The notes below the pieces were generated by a model. The model was not told where the DNA came from. It worked only from the letters and a program-made list of their open reading frames with translations, and ran no database searches. A stretch of DNA of 64,000 nucleotides from Lingula anatina (Eukaryota > Animalia > Brachiopoda), in NCBI GenBank assembly GCA_051362555.1, contig CM120641.1:32122401-32186400 (forward strand), written 5' to 3'. Positions 36,001 to 49,500 of the stretch are shown piece after piece (the stretch's first letter is position 1; every line of letters starts with the position of its first letter). A program made the translations under genes and the position numbers.

Positions 36001-37622
36001 ATTATTTTCAACAATGTGCACGAACGTTGCACTCGATCTACCGACTGCAGACTGAAACAGCCATTATCTGATGATCTGCATTTTTAAAGTTTTTGAGAAC
36101 TTAAAATGGTTTGTAAGCGACAGATACAATATGAGTCACTGAGCTGTATGTGAAATATTGCTAGTGTGTTGTCGAGGCGCTGTGTTGTATCTGGCTTAAG
36201 CCACAACTACTACACTGCTCTTGCAATATTGTACACATTAATTGGTAGCATCCAGAAATTTGAAGATCCTCTAGACAATTCCTACATTTACTGAGAATGA
36301 ACGGGCTAGTAACTGTCATTTCAAAAATGGATCTTTTACCATAAAAAAACCTTCATGTGCCTAGATCATATTTTACCCAGAGCCAACCTTTTCCCAGCTA
36401 AAAAGGGCTGTTCCTATGAGAGTACTGTAGAGTTGTTGTCTAAACATTTATTGGCTCTGTTGCCATATGTTTCAATTTCCAGGGTTGTTTGATATGTGTA
36501 ATTTTGGTATAATTGTTTTTATATACAGACAGGTACCAGTACAGTAGTAGTTGTAGTAGCACTTTTTATTGTTAAACATACTTTTCAGAAGACAGCTGCC
36601 GTTGGTATTTATGTATGACACAAAATCCTTATAGTTTTAGTACCTGCAATATTTATGATGGTCATGCTTCCTTTGTGGCGACTGACTTTAATATTGTAGA
36701 GTACAAAATATACAGTACAAAATATATATATATCTTCAAATATACATCATTGCCATGCTTTGCTGTGCTCCTTAAATGTGGTTCTTTTCCCTTTCCAGAT
36801 AGATATAGCCAAGAAGTATGATCTTCCTGTGTATGTATTAAACTTTGTATTATCTACCAACAAAGACAATTATTGCAGAAACAGCCATGCAGTAACTTTC
36901 AATGTTGAGATCGATTAGATTTGGAAATTTTCATTATTGATGATGATCTATGAAATTGATTGTAAGTGATTTGAATATTGACAGTTTGGGATACATTAGA
37001 TTTTATGTTTCAAAATTATAGAAATAAGAATTTGATTTTATGTGATAAACAAGGCTAATGTGCATTGAATTGATCTGTGATCTTTTCATTATATTTTAAT
37101 GTGGAAAAATTATGAGATGGCTTCTTAAAAAAACTGACTAGGAGGCCATAATCAATTATTAATCGGGACATAGCACTTTCCACTTTGGATGCTGCCATGG
37201 CAATTGAGGAAAATGTTGACTTTGTTCTGGTTGATAATTTGTCCATTTATTTAGGAATGATCTTTTATTTAATAAATATCCTTTTATTTAGGAATGTTCA
37301 CTCCCGATCTGCTGGAAACCATGCAATAACTTTGCTCAAAGAACAAGGTAAACATTTTATGTCCGATTCAATATTTATCAAAATAATATTTTAATGGTTA
37401 TAGCTCTGTGACCAACTTCAAATATAGAAGAGGTAATGATAGAAATATGAATATATTTTATAATAATTTAAAACTGTAATTGGAGGTACAAATCCAATAA
37501 CAAAAAGATCAGATATAAATTTGTTTTATGTCACTTAGATGCATGACTGATGGTCTTCCATCATTTTGGGTGTCACCCAGGCTTTGTTGCATGGCTTCTT
37601 TACAAATTTAAGCAATGCATAT

Positions 37623-37663
<41 letters not shown>

Positions 37664-39189
37664 ATTATTATTATTATTATTCAAGACTGAAAAGTCATAA
37701 ATAGTTTTTAAGATTATAGATTATATCTGTATACCTCAGGTGTGTCCAAGGCTTTGTTACATGCCTTCAGCGGTAGAGCCAGTGTTGCCATGGAGGGAGT
37801 TCAAGCTGGCTATTATTTCTCTTTTCCTCCAGTTATTGTTAGGAGTGAACAGGTGATGACCATTTAGGCTGCATTATGAAAAGATGATCCACAGACTGGT
37901 TCGTGGATCATATATGCCGACCCCACTTAAAAGCTATGCCGCTAATATGCGAATGGTCTCCCCGCACAGGCCAAACTACAGGGGCCTAGCAATTTAACCT
38001 CGGAGCCTATATTTAATTCGTCAAAGTGTTAGGCCCCAGCAGGCCTGGATCAGCAGCATCACTTTTAAGCCAGTCAACCATATTTGATCTGCAGGCGTGT
38101 TAATCTGTGCAACAGCATGTTCTGAAAGTACCCTGAGAGAATTTTAAAACTTCTTTGTGTTTGAATGTTACTATATCATTTCCATGAAACTATTTATGCA
38201 TATTGTTTCACATTAATTTCATAACTAGTAAATTCATTCTCAAAGTAGTCCTTTTAGGATTGTTTACATGTCAGTGAAGGATTTTATCACTTTCTCTTTA
38301 GTTAATCCAGTACATTATAATTTTCCTACATTTTTTCTTTACGTGGAAATTAAAAGTAATAGAGTGCAGTTTGAATGTAAATGATTTATTTAAATTATCT
38401 TTTTTGATAATGAAATTTAAATAAATATTTTGTTTAAAAAAATGTTTCTTCTGTTAACTTTACCTAAGAAGCAAAAGCTTTTGGCAAGACTTCCTCTAGA
38501 CTGTATGTTACTGGAAACAGACTCCCCTGCATGTGGACCAGAAAAGGGGGTACGCCATATTGAAGTCCAATACTTGTTAAATACTAAGAAAAGCAGTGTT
38601 TGATTACACCATGTACTAATATAAAAGAAAAAATATATGGGATTCCTTGTTAAGTTATTTTTAAAACAATATCCTGTTGATAACTTTTAAAAGAGATCTG
38701 ATTTTGTTTCCAAAATACCAATACAAAAATGTCAAATATTTCAGAAACAACATCTTTTTTTGTTATAAGTGCACTCTTCTTTATGTATTGTTTCAGTGAT
38801 TTATATTTTGAAGTGATCTCTTATTTCATTTGGTATTATATTAATAGAATTTATCATTGAAACCTTACAGTTCAAATTTTCATCTTTTTAATTTCTGTAT
38901 CATTTTGTTCATTTTAATTTAATGTAATTGTAATACCATACAGATTTTATTTTCATTTAAAAATTAGAAACAGTTCAAAGAATGTGTGCACCTAAAGCAA
39001 ATATTCACCAATCACAAGAAACAATACAATTTTTCTGTCTTCCAGGAACGGAATGTCCCAGCTAATATTACTCTCTCCTGTGAGTATATAGCTCAAGTGA
39101 AGAAAGTGGATAAAGAAACCGTGATGAGGATCACTACTGAAAATGCACTCAAACTTTTCCCAAAACTAAAGAATTTGGTGAAACTCTGA
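33072..39189 (+). CDS. TATDN3: TatD DNase domain-containing protein 3 (269 aa, 12 exons)
   Basis: Exons 33072-33125, 33635-33667, 34391-34464, 34781-34826, 35154-35189, 35414-35476, 35669-35746, 36799-36830, 37292-37347, 37740-37852, 38469-38549 and 39046-39189. Motifs [71 protein letters not shown]. Confidence 0.97.
34194..34344. mobile_element. Degenerate Harbinger-like MITE related to 23469
   Basis: TTA flanks, GGCCCCATTCCCACAGA left end, internal inverted repeat GGATTGACCCAACTCTGCAAG / CTTGCAGAGTTAGGTCAATCC. Confidence 0.6.
37625..37657. repeat. (CT)n microsatellite
   Basis: Pure CT run in TATDN3 intron 9. Confidence 0.95.
37867..38133. mobile_element. Degenerate Harbinger-like palindromic MITE
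   Basis: TTA/TGA flanks, GGCTGCATT left end, decayed internal inverted repeats. Confidence 0.45.
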
Positions 39190-39450
39190 TACAATTTTTC
39201 ATAAATAAGAATGTTTTCATTATTATTGAACCAAGTACACAAACAGGGTACAGTTCATGCATGCTAGCAATATGTGAAGAAAACGGGAGCATGTGTTGAA
39301 TGTACTGAAAAGTGCCCAACATTGATGTACAGTATTAACAAGATAGAAAGTCCATTGTGCTTATTTGAATGGTGCTGTCTTTGGTTAAGAGAACTTGTGC
39401 CAGACAAGAATTTTTGTCAGACTATAAGCAAAACCTTTAAGGTGCCCAGT

Positions 39451-39506
<56 letters not shown>

Positions 39507-40554
39507 AAAACATTTGTACATGTACCCAGCAAATTTTCCTGGGGTAAATTGTATTTTTCTCTGACCAACCATGCAACCTTTGATCCTCCTTTTCTAACAC
39601 CTGCCATATACCTCTATAACAATATGATAAAATTAAAAAGTCCTTAACCTACTATTAAGGCCTGAGTTTTTCAAACCCCACCATAATTATTGACAACATG
39701 ATGATAAATATAAATGCAAGACGACTGAAAATTCAATAAAGCTAAATATAATACTTTCAAATGCATTTTTGTTTCTTTCTTATGTTTATTTATATTTCTA
39801 TTGAAAAGATGTTTAATTGTTCATATATTTTTACTATTTACTCCTTTGACAAAGGTTAGAATGGTGGATTGTGCATATAGCAGAAGCATTATGCATCTTA
39901 CACATAATTTAAAATGATAAATGATTGATACAATGTTTACGTTTGTTTATTAACTGTTCAGTGCCAAACTCCATGGGTCCTACCAGCCTAATTAGTACTG
40001 TGCGTATTTCTTAGATTATCAAACGAGTGACATTTTATGAATAGCATTTAATAAGGCCACGGCAAAATATTTTAATTAATGATAAAGATTGGTTTTAATT
40101 ACATACTGTGCTATACACTACTTTTGAGTTAAATCAGGGAAAATCAATTAATATTTTCTTTAATTTAAATTTTTTTTTATTCTGCACCAATTAAGAGCCA
40201 ATAGATATGTGACAGCCAATTATATGTAATATGGTTTTACATTGTAGGCACTTCCCTATGTAAATTTCTTGGTAAAAAAAGGTATGGTGTTTATAAGGAA
40301 CCGCAATTATACATTTTTTGATAATATATGTACGTAGTAAACATTTTTCTCGGTGTGTACAATAGCTCTTAATAAGCTCTTAACTTCTGATGAAGTAAAA
40401 TTGTTTATTCAATGTGCAGTCTTTCATTGAAACTTGAGTTCGTCGCGTCTTGGAAAAAGACAGTCCCAGAAATCATTGCTGGTTAACAATTTCCTATCAC
40501 ATTCACAACATGGTTGCCGCCTGACGAAATTCCATCAACACAACAGTTATCCTC

Positions 40555-43500
40555 ATGCACAGATTACGAGGAATCCTGCATCTGAAACCTTCATTACTGG
40601 GGAAACAAACAGGGAAAGTCCCCAAGAACATAAGGTGTGAAGGCCAACCTGTTTTTCAGGCAAGAAGTCTAGGGGTTTCCCCTAAAAAATTGAAAATGTC
40701 TGACAGAAAAGTTGCGAAAACGAGTGACTTTGGCGACATAAAAAGAGAAGATTCTTCATCGCCGTCACATGAATCGCAAAGGCGTGCCAGCACTAAGTAT
40801 GGGGCAGACAAAGGTCAGTATGAGAATCTTGATAAGTTGCTGTTCAAGTCGACTAAAAGAAGAAAGATATTACAAATCCGTTGTGATTTTTTCATGATCA
40901 TCCAAATATTACAGAACAGGAAGAGAAGTAAGTTAATTAATATGGAGGTTTGCAACGTATTATTAACACGAAGAAGCTACTTGCTAGAGGATGTGCCCGT
41001 TTAATATATGGAGCCAAATTCATTTTCTTTTTCTTTCATCATGTGGGGATTTCCCCTTGACATGTCCAATGAAGTTTCAGTTCCTAGGTGAAGGTTATAA
41101 TTCCTATCCAGTGGTGAAAAGGCACAGCTTGAAGGCCTAATTTTTTTGTCTAGGCTTTACAACATATATTTAAGGAAGTTGTAGAAATTATGGGCATTGT
41201 GTTATCATGCCTTGATTTCTTAACTAAATTCCTAACTCGAAGGGCAACACAGTTAAGAAGTGGAGACCCAGATGATAGGTATAATGGTAACATGTTGGAG
41301 GAAACGAAAGGTAAATGCTGAACAGTTTTACACAGTGAATAACATGCTGTTGCTAATGAGCTTACCCTGCTCTGTATGACTAATCATGGAAATATATTTA
41401 CTTTATTTACAGACTGACACATAAATCTGTACATAGCCATCACCTGCCTCTTTGTAATGACTGCCACCTTTTACTTCCTTTTTATTTTCATTTGTAAAAA
41501 CATCAAAGGAAAATAGTGAAACTTATTATTCTCAAACTAACAGGTATACTTCATAGGACCATGTATGCATGGAAGTATAACTGGAACAGAATAGAAATGG
41601 GTGGGGGGCGTGACGATTACCAGCAATTTCTTTATCAAGAACTGAACCCTAAGAACTGAAGGCAGCAATCACAGAAAAAAAAGGAAAATCTCCAAAGAGG
41701 AATATGTTTGAGTGTCTGACAATATTTGTGACATACACAAGTGTGTCTCTAACATTGACAAAGTCTCAGAATGAAAAATACTATGTATGTTTGTACGTGT
41801 ACATGTGTTCTGTTTTTCCTTGCATATTATGCCAAGGAATTATGTACAGTATTTCTATTCATAGCTGTTTCAATATAGTCAGTCTTGTATTATTTTTAAC
41901 CAAGAATTGCACCATGTACTCAAATCATGGGATTCTTGATAGGGATTCTATAATATATCTGACCTTTCCTTTGCCCAGTCTCCTTGGATAAAAGCCAACA
42001 GACTATTTTTGATGTGTTCAGACTTAGTGATCTGGCATTTCACAATGTATTTTGGTTTGAATTGAGTTATTACTTTTGAGTGTTTTCTTTCTTTCCAAAA
42101 CTGAATATAACTATAGATTCCTTAGATTTATTGCATTCAAAATTTTCTATTTTTAGAAACATATCTAACAATGCCCCTGGAAGAAAAGAGAAAAGTTTAC
42201 AAATGTGGCCGAGACTACATCACACCAGACAAGATTCAGAATTGGCCTTTGTATGTTCAGAACAGGCGTGGGAAGTATAAGAATAAAGGTGCAGGTATGT
42301 GAAGAGTAGAGTGTAGAAGAAGTGCAATTTGATACTCAAGTCTATTTTTTGTGACCCCTTTTGTCTGCTTGCTGTGGACCCCAAAGGATCGGGTTTTATG
42401 TAATTCAATCATATTTTCAGATATGCTGAAAACTATTCAGAATGGTTGGACATTTGGACCGGCAGAAATGAAAAATTTGCCGGACCGAAAATCACCCTAT
42501 GCGTTTGAGACAGATACTACCAGTATTATTAGTGTAGCTAACTTTGTTTGTGAATGTGATAGGTTTGAAATGGAAGGGGAAAACGTTTTGGGTCTTAAAT
42601 AATTTTATTAGTGAAGTATGTCAAATGATGGGCCCAGCACATAGCCAGAGATAGGGCCAAGTGGAAAGAAGTGACTGTGGCCCTATGTCCCACACGGGAG
42701 GAATGATGATGATGTCAAATGATGACTGTGAATTCAAAATTGCAGCTCTCAAAACTCTTGTCGGTCCTTTGGACCAACCAAGTCCAATTTTTTACCGATC
42801 CAGACAAATTTTGCCGGTCATGAACGATCGGACCGACAGTTTCAGCATGTCTGTATTCTACCATATAAATTATTTCTAACAAGAAACACGGTACAACTAA
42901 GCAAAAATGTTCATTAGCTTGGTAGTTGGATACTAAATGAAAATTATTAAACATAAGGGGTCAATCTACCTGACATTTATAAGAGGGTCCTGGCTGCTAT
43001 AACACCTAGCAGTCAATGAGTAACAATATCTACTCACATCGGTCTGCTGAAAGCCTACATCCAGGTTGACCATAAGCTAACAATATGAAATTTTTTTTCG
43101 GCTTGTGCTTGATGTGGGAGAAACAAATAGATGCAGCTGAAATGTGGATTAATCGAAGAATGTTATGCATCTCGTGGTGGAAAAGAAAAACGAATGACAG
43201 TGTTCTTGAAGAACTCTGTGTTTAACTGTTTGTTAATCACAAAGTATTGAACAAGATCAAAGAAAGGAAGCTTATTTTTCTGGGCCACCAGCTGCAATTG
43301 GAAAAATCTGAGTTTTTTACATTAAATTTCAAAGCGTGGCAGGCTGAGGTTTAGATAGAAGGACAACATACAAAAATGAACAAGAAAAAGTTTAAAAGAG
43401 ATCATGAGGATGGCACTTAATAGAAAGAAGTGAAAGGGCTTGGTCCATGGAGTGTGCCAACAATCTTTGGTATACAGACGATCAGGCTGATGATGACAAT

Positions 43501-46500
43501 GAACTAAGCAAGAAGTTTTCCAGCTTTCAGCTTCAGTGTTCCGTTCAACAGTATTCTGTGTTGCCTGTTTTCTTGGTATAAGTGGGACAATAAATGTTTG
43601 TGGTAATCTGGGATGGAGGAGACATGAAGTGTGTGTGTTAAACAATCTTTGTGACAGTCATATTATTACTTTGCCTTTTTTTTTTTTAATTATATCTTGC
43701 TTTAGGTTTAAGAAGAATTGTGGGGTTTGACAAATGAGTAATCATTTTAAGAAAATTTCCATATCATTTCAGATAAAGTTCAGCCAAAATTTGAAGTAAA
43801 CCAGACATTGAATCAGAAGATAGCCTTGTTCAGAGGAGACATAACTAAATTAGAGATTGATGCCATAGTAAATGCTGCCAATAGCTCTCTAGCTGGCGGA
43901 GGTGGAGGTAGGAAAACGCAACCAAATTTGCCCTCACAGAAGCTAATGAAATCCAAATTTGGAAAATTGCTCTTTCTGGAAGTTGTTTTTTCTAGTGATG
44001 TTATGCTTTAAACAAAGATAGTTTCAGGTAATAAGTTATGAGTCTGAATATAAATGTTTGATACTGGATTATAATCTGGGTCAATAAGGCAGAGAAATGA
44101 AAGTGTGGACAGTTTTTTTTTTTTAATTCAAGTTATAACAACTATTCGTATGTGATTCATATTTCACAATAAATGCATCACGTAGCCCCTTATTATTTTC
44201 CCTTTTATATTAGTTGATGGAGCCATCCATTCTGCTGCTGGTCAAAGACTACTGCAGACAGAATGTAAAACTTTGGGCGGCTGTAAGACTGGAGAGGCTA
44301 AGATCACTGGAGGTGGGTATACCTCATGTATTCAGTGTCCTACCTAATGTATTGAATTCACTGTGAAATGGTACTTAGTTAAGATCACTGTTAACTTTGA
44401 CACCATTAATTCACAATCACATAGGAAAGATGTTTTCACATCAAACATGTACTAGTATAGTGGCATACCTGATGCATTTGATACATTAGATAAATCATAG
44501 CATGCAAGTTAAGTTCAGAAATATCATTGTGGACATCACTGAATTGTATTGCCTGGCTTTATATGGCTTATATGTATGCTAAGTTATCCAAACAAAGTTA
44601 AATTTTAGTTGCTATTTAAAGTATTGATACTTTTTCAAGAACACTCAAATCTTAAAGAAAATTAAGATGCTGAGTGTTTTGTTGATGTATTAGAGATCTA
44701 CTTAATATATTTAAAGCAGTGAGGTCAGTTGGTTTAGTCAGTTGACCAAGTCAGCTCACTCCACCATTTTGGATCTCTATGACCACTGCAAGAACCAGAT
44801 TCGTCATCAATGAGTTATCAATATGTAAAAGTTATTTTTTATAGTTTTAAAAATTTGTGATCATATAACAAAGCAGCTGTACACTTTGGCATCAGTCATT
44901 TATCACAGGTTTAAATTGAACCTGGGCAGGACATGACCTCAGCCAAAGTCGGTAATTGAATATTGTTTTAAAGTGACACTTCATGGGATCTTTCTGCCAA
45001 AATTAATATCTAGTGATTCTCTCCCTACATTTCCAAATCCCACAAAGCCACATTCATATCTTGTGAAGCTTCTTATATTTCCCAGTTAAGACTCTTAAGA
45101 CAATAAGACCCTTTAAATAAAGTTTATCTGAACCGTACCTTGTGTCGTTATTTCCTTCTCATCATCCTTACTGTAGCCATCACTAGCTTGCAACGTCTGT
45201 GTTATAAATGGCACAGGCCCTGATATAGAACACCCTGCCATTTTGTTGTGAGAAAACAAGGCCATGTATATGGTGACAGAATGCCATAATAATGACTGGC
45301 CGGTCAATATAAAGTAAATTATCATATTGAAAATGGGATAAGACATCCAAGTGCCAGAACAATAATTCACGTGTTGGAAAAAATTGCCCTTTACCCCAGG
45401 AAAATTCATTTTGGTGGGGAAAATCCTATGGAGTTGGCCTTTCAGGTTAATGGTTTGATTTGACCTTTGCATTTACTTTGAAATTAGATAATTGTATTAT
45501 TATCTACTTTCATTGCAGGATATAAGCTGCCAGCCAAATGTAAGTAACCTTTGTTCAGTTGATTGTATGTTCATGTGTTTGCAATTGCACATTTTGCTAA
45601 ATAAGCAAAGTTCACAGAACTTTCTTATTAATAATTGTAAGTGATGTTAGTTCTTACAATTATGTTATCAACTCAAATATTATGAATGTGATGAACTGTT
45701 TATGATATTATTTCTGTAACTTTCTGCACAGAGAAGATACGATTTTTAAGATAATATTCAGTGTGTAAAAGTACTGGCAGAATTATTGTATGATGATAAA
45801 AGTATTCACACTCATTTTTTTTTCATGGCCCAAAAATATTTATTCACCTAGTGTTTACCTGTATAAAGATGTGAAACCTCTGACATGCACTGTAATGTAA
45901 AACTAAAAGAGTAATCTGCAATGAATAACACATTTAGTTTTTCTGTAATACCAAAATGAAAAAGAGAAATGGATCCATGGCTTTATAAAACAGGGTATAA
46001 GTCAGGTTTTGAAAAGTGGTTGCCCCCCTCGAGAAATATCTCATGTCCAGCAGTGGAAGTACTTGTGGTCCAGCGAAACTAAGTATTACCTGAAAGAAGA
46101 TGTGCATTTGACGTTTTTCTTATTTTTTCTGCAAATCACGAAAGGTTTTATTAAATGGCAAAGAGTTAAGACAAATTTTTGGTGTTTCAGATGTAATCCA
46201 TACTGTTGGTCCAGTGGGTGAGAATGAGGACAGATTGAAAAGTTGCTACGTGTCTTGTCTGAACCTGATGAAAGAGTACAAACTGAGGACAGTGGTAGGT
46301 GATAGAACTTCTAGCACAAGAGAGATTGGGTGTGTGCAGTGTTTATGTTAGGGGGAGTTTGTGTTCAGTAGTCAGTTTATGTTTGTTAATTGTAATTGAA
46401 TTGTAACATTGCAACCAAAATGTTGAAGTTTTATATTTATAATGCAAATACTTAAAAATTTCAAAAGACGTAGGTATATTTTTAAAAGTTAGCATATATT

Positions 46501-49500
46501 AAAAAAGGTGTTCTTGCATGAAATGCCAAAAATTAAAAGTGCAAATTTTAATTTTTGAATGAAATTAATTACAAAGAAAGTGGGATAAAAAAAAATCTTT
46601 AAAAAATGTTTTTAATATGTGCTATTTGAGATAATTATAAAAATGATAAAAGAAGGCCTGATGATGAAATCTTTCTATATGAGATAATTATGGAAATGAT
46701 AAAGGAAGGCCTGATGATGAAATCTTTCTTGACTTGCTCTCTTTCATCCTTCATGATATACAGACACTGTTATGTCTGTTGGAGGTTTGTTTGGCAAAAA
46801 GACCAACTTTGTATATTTTCATATGTTTATTCAAATCTGATAGTTGGCTTTTTACGGTGAAAGGCAGGTCTTCAAACATTCAATTTGTTATTGTGTTGCA
46901 AAACACCACAGTTATTGTGGTGTTTTGCAATCCAGTTAACCATTATGTGTAAGGGGTTGATGCATGTTAGAATTATTTCAAAATCTTTTGTTTCAAGTTA
47001 CTAGAAGTAACCTTATTTGAACATTGAACCTGTACACATGGTTTAAATTGAGAACTTGTGTAAAATGGCATGCAAGGAATAAAGGGCAAATATACAGTGA
47101 AGTTGGCCACTGATATTATTGCAAAGTGGGATAAATTATTTCAGTGTTCACTGGAATTTGCCAGTTTTACCTAAAATGGAGCAATGGAAATTACTTCTTT
47201 GTCTAAAGTGTTTAGTTTTTTATTGTGTAATCGATTTGTTGATTATACAAAAATCTTGCTCTCATATTGTATGCACCTATCAAAAGATTGGGAATAATGA
47301 CAAATAGTAGTGCTTAAAAAGTTTTAGAATTTACTCTTTTTCATTCATCTTTCCCAGGCGTTCCCCTGTATATCCACAGGCATATATGGTAGGTACAGCT
47401 GAGACATGTTATGTAATATATTCAAATGCAACTGTCAAAGATGTGAAAAAGGGAGGTGTTAACTTTTATTAATTTCCTTTTAGAAGCACTCATTTACATC
47501 AGCTGAGTGACCTAGATTAATGTTGTTATATCTTTACTGCTGAACAGTTAGCAAATTAATGTAACTGGAACGCTACATACAAACGTGCTAGCAGAAGTAA
47601 TTATATCAAGATTCTATTACCAAGATTTATTTTGGGTGTCTGTGAAATTTTTAAGGTTTTGTCTTCCCATAGTCCTGTTATTAGATTGTTTGTTGTGATT
47701 GTACATAATCACAGCAGCAGCGGTGTATTATGATAAAATGAAGTTCTGTCCTATTTTGTTACAGTAAAATATAAAGTGGTGGATGCTGTTTGGCTATATG
47801 ATTTTTTTCTTTACGCCAAATTAAACATAGATTTGTGTTTTTTTTTAGAAGTGTGATTTAATTGTATAGTAAAAATAAAAACAATTGCATGTAATTGTAT
47901 AGTTGAGCAAACTTAAATGATATTTATAGGTATTGTTTTGCTACAGTAATCAAATTACTGAAATCACTTTAAACTCTGCTTGCATGTATTGAATTTATTT
48001 TCAGACATTAATAAATTATTTTTAGATGTACTATTTTGATTGTTTTTACATCATATTAGGTTATCCCAATGAGCCTGCCTGCGATACTGCACTATCCTGT
48101 GTTAGAAACTGGCTTGAAGAGGGAGACAATGCAGATACTGTAAGTGACCACTTAATTATAGTAAAATGTAGCTAAATGCTGAATATGCTCTAGGTTGACT
48201 ACAAAAAATGTGAAATATTTTGCAGGAATCATTGCAATTCTAGGAGCAATGGCAGAATTAGCATTACAGGCCTGCCAATGCTCCTAGAATTGCAGCTATG
48301 GTTCCTGTATTTTTTTAGGAATCCTATAAAAGGTTCTTATATATTTGATTGAGGTTTGTGTATTGTTCTACATTATCAATTTTTATGGAGACCCTGTTTA
48401 AAGGTAATTGCAAAGTCATTGATGTCCTCTTCAGAGGGAAGTTTGGAATTAATACTGGTAAAAAACAAGTAGATTTTTTCCACAATGCAATGAAACATAA
48501 AAACTTGTGTCATAGGGTGGTATTGCTTGGTTATTTATTTGACTAAACATTTGGAAATTTTTCAGAAAAATACTTGTTAATGGGTTAACAAGTAGTACTG
48601 AGTCCTTTTCTCCAGAAACTTTTTGTATTAATGGTTTTTTAGAAAATGTTTTGGCATAAATATTGAACTAAGGGATCGTTCACATGGAAAATCTATTTTC
48701 TAAAAATCTAAAAATCTATTTGCGGTATCTTGTGATCACGGTCTGTGCCCTAAATACCCCACGGCATAATTACTGGCAGCGCGAGCCAGTTACTTCCAAA
48801 GCCGTAATTAATTCTTGGTGCTGCCAGTAATTACACCGCGGGGTATTCAGGGCACAGACCGTGATCACAAGATACCGAAAATAGATTTTTAGAAAATAGA
48901 TTTTCCATGTGAATGCAGCCTGAATAAAAAACAGGAAGCAAAATTGGACCTTAGTCCTGTAAAGGAACTTTCGCACTTATTTAGTCATGTAGCAAAATAC
49001 ATGTCTAAATTTTTTATGAATCTTGAATGCTTGAATACTTGCTTGTTTTATACACATTAAAGCTGAGGCTAACAAAAGGCATCAGTTGATGGTTTCCTGA
49101 CCCGAGCTCATTTATGAAGCACACATTGATGTGTAGCAATTTCAGCCATGATTAGGCAATTATTAAATGTCCCAAAATCATATTAAAAAATCTGTCTGGA
49201 TTTCAATCTTGCCTGCATTTTTTCTACATTCAAATTAAAAATAAAGTGACATCTCTCCTTTTTTCCAGGTTGACCTCATAATATTCTGCCTATTTCTCCC
49301 TGTGGATGTTGGATTCTATGAGAGCAAGATGTTGGATTATTTTCCTCTTCCATCTGACTTTTATGGAGGAGATGGCGACAATGGCAACAACACTTCCACT
49401 AAAGATGATAAATGCAAGTGTTTAAAATAGAATAGCACTAACAAAAAAATATTGAATTTTGTTTAGATTATCCGTCAAAAAACAGAAAAAAATGAATTGT

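Noticed and set aside
36831-37291. U12-type intron in TATDN3
   Set aside because: The donor is GTATGT, not GTATCCTT, and there is no TCCTTAAC branch site.
49405-49430. CaaX prenylation signal in the intron-retained MACROD form (…KCKCLK*)
   Set aside because: No Cys at position -4 (the last four residues are KCLK).
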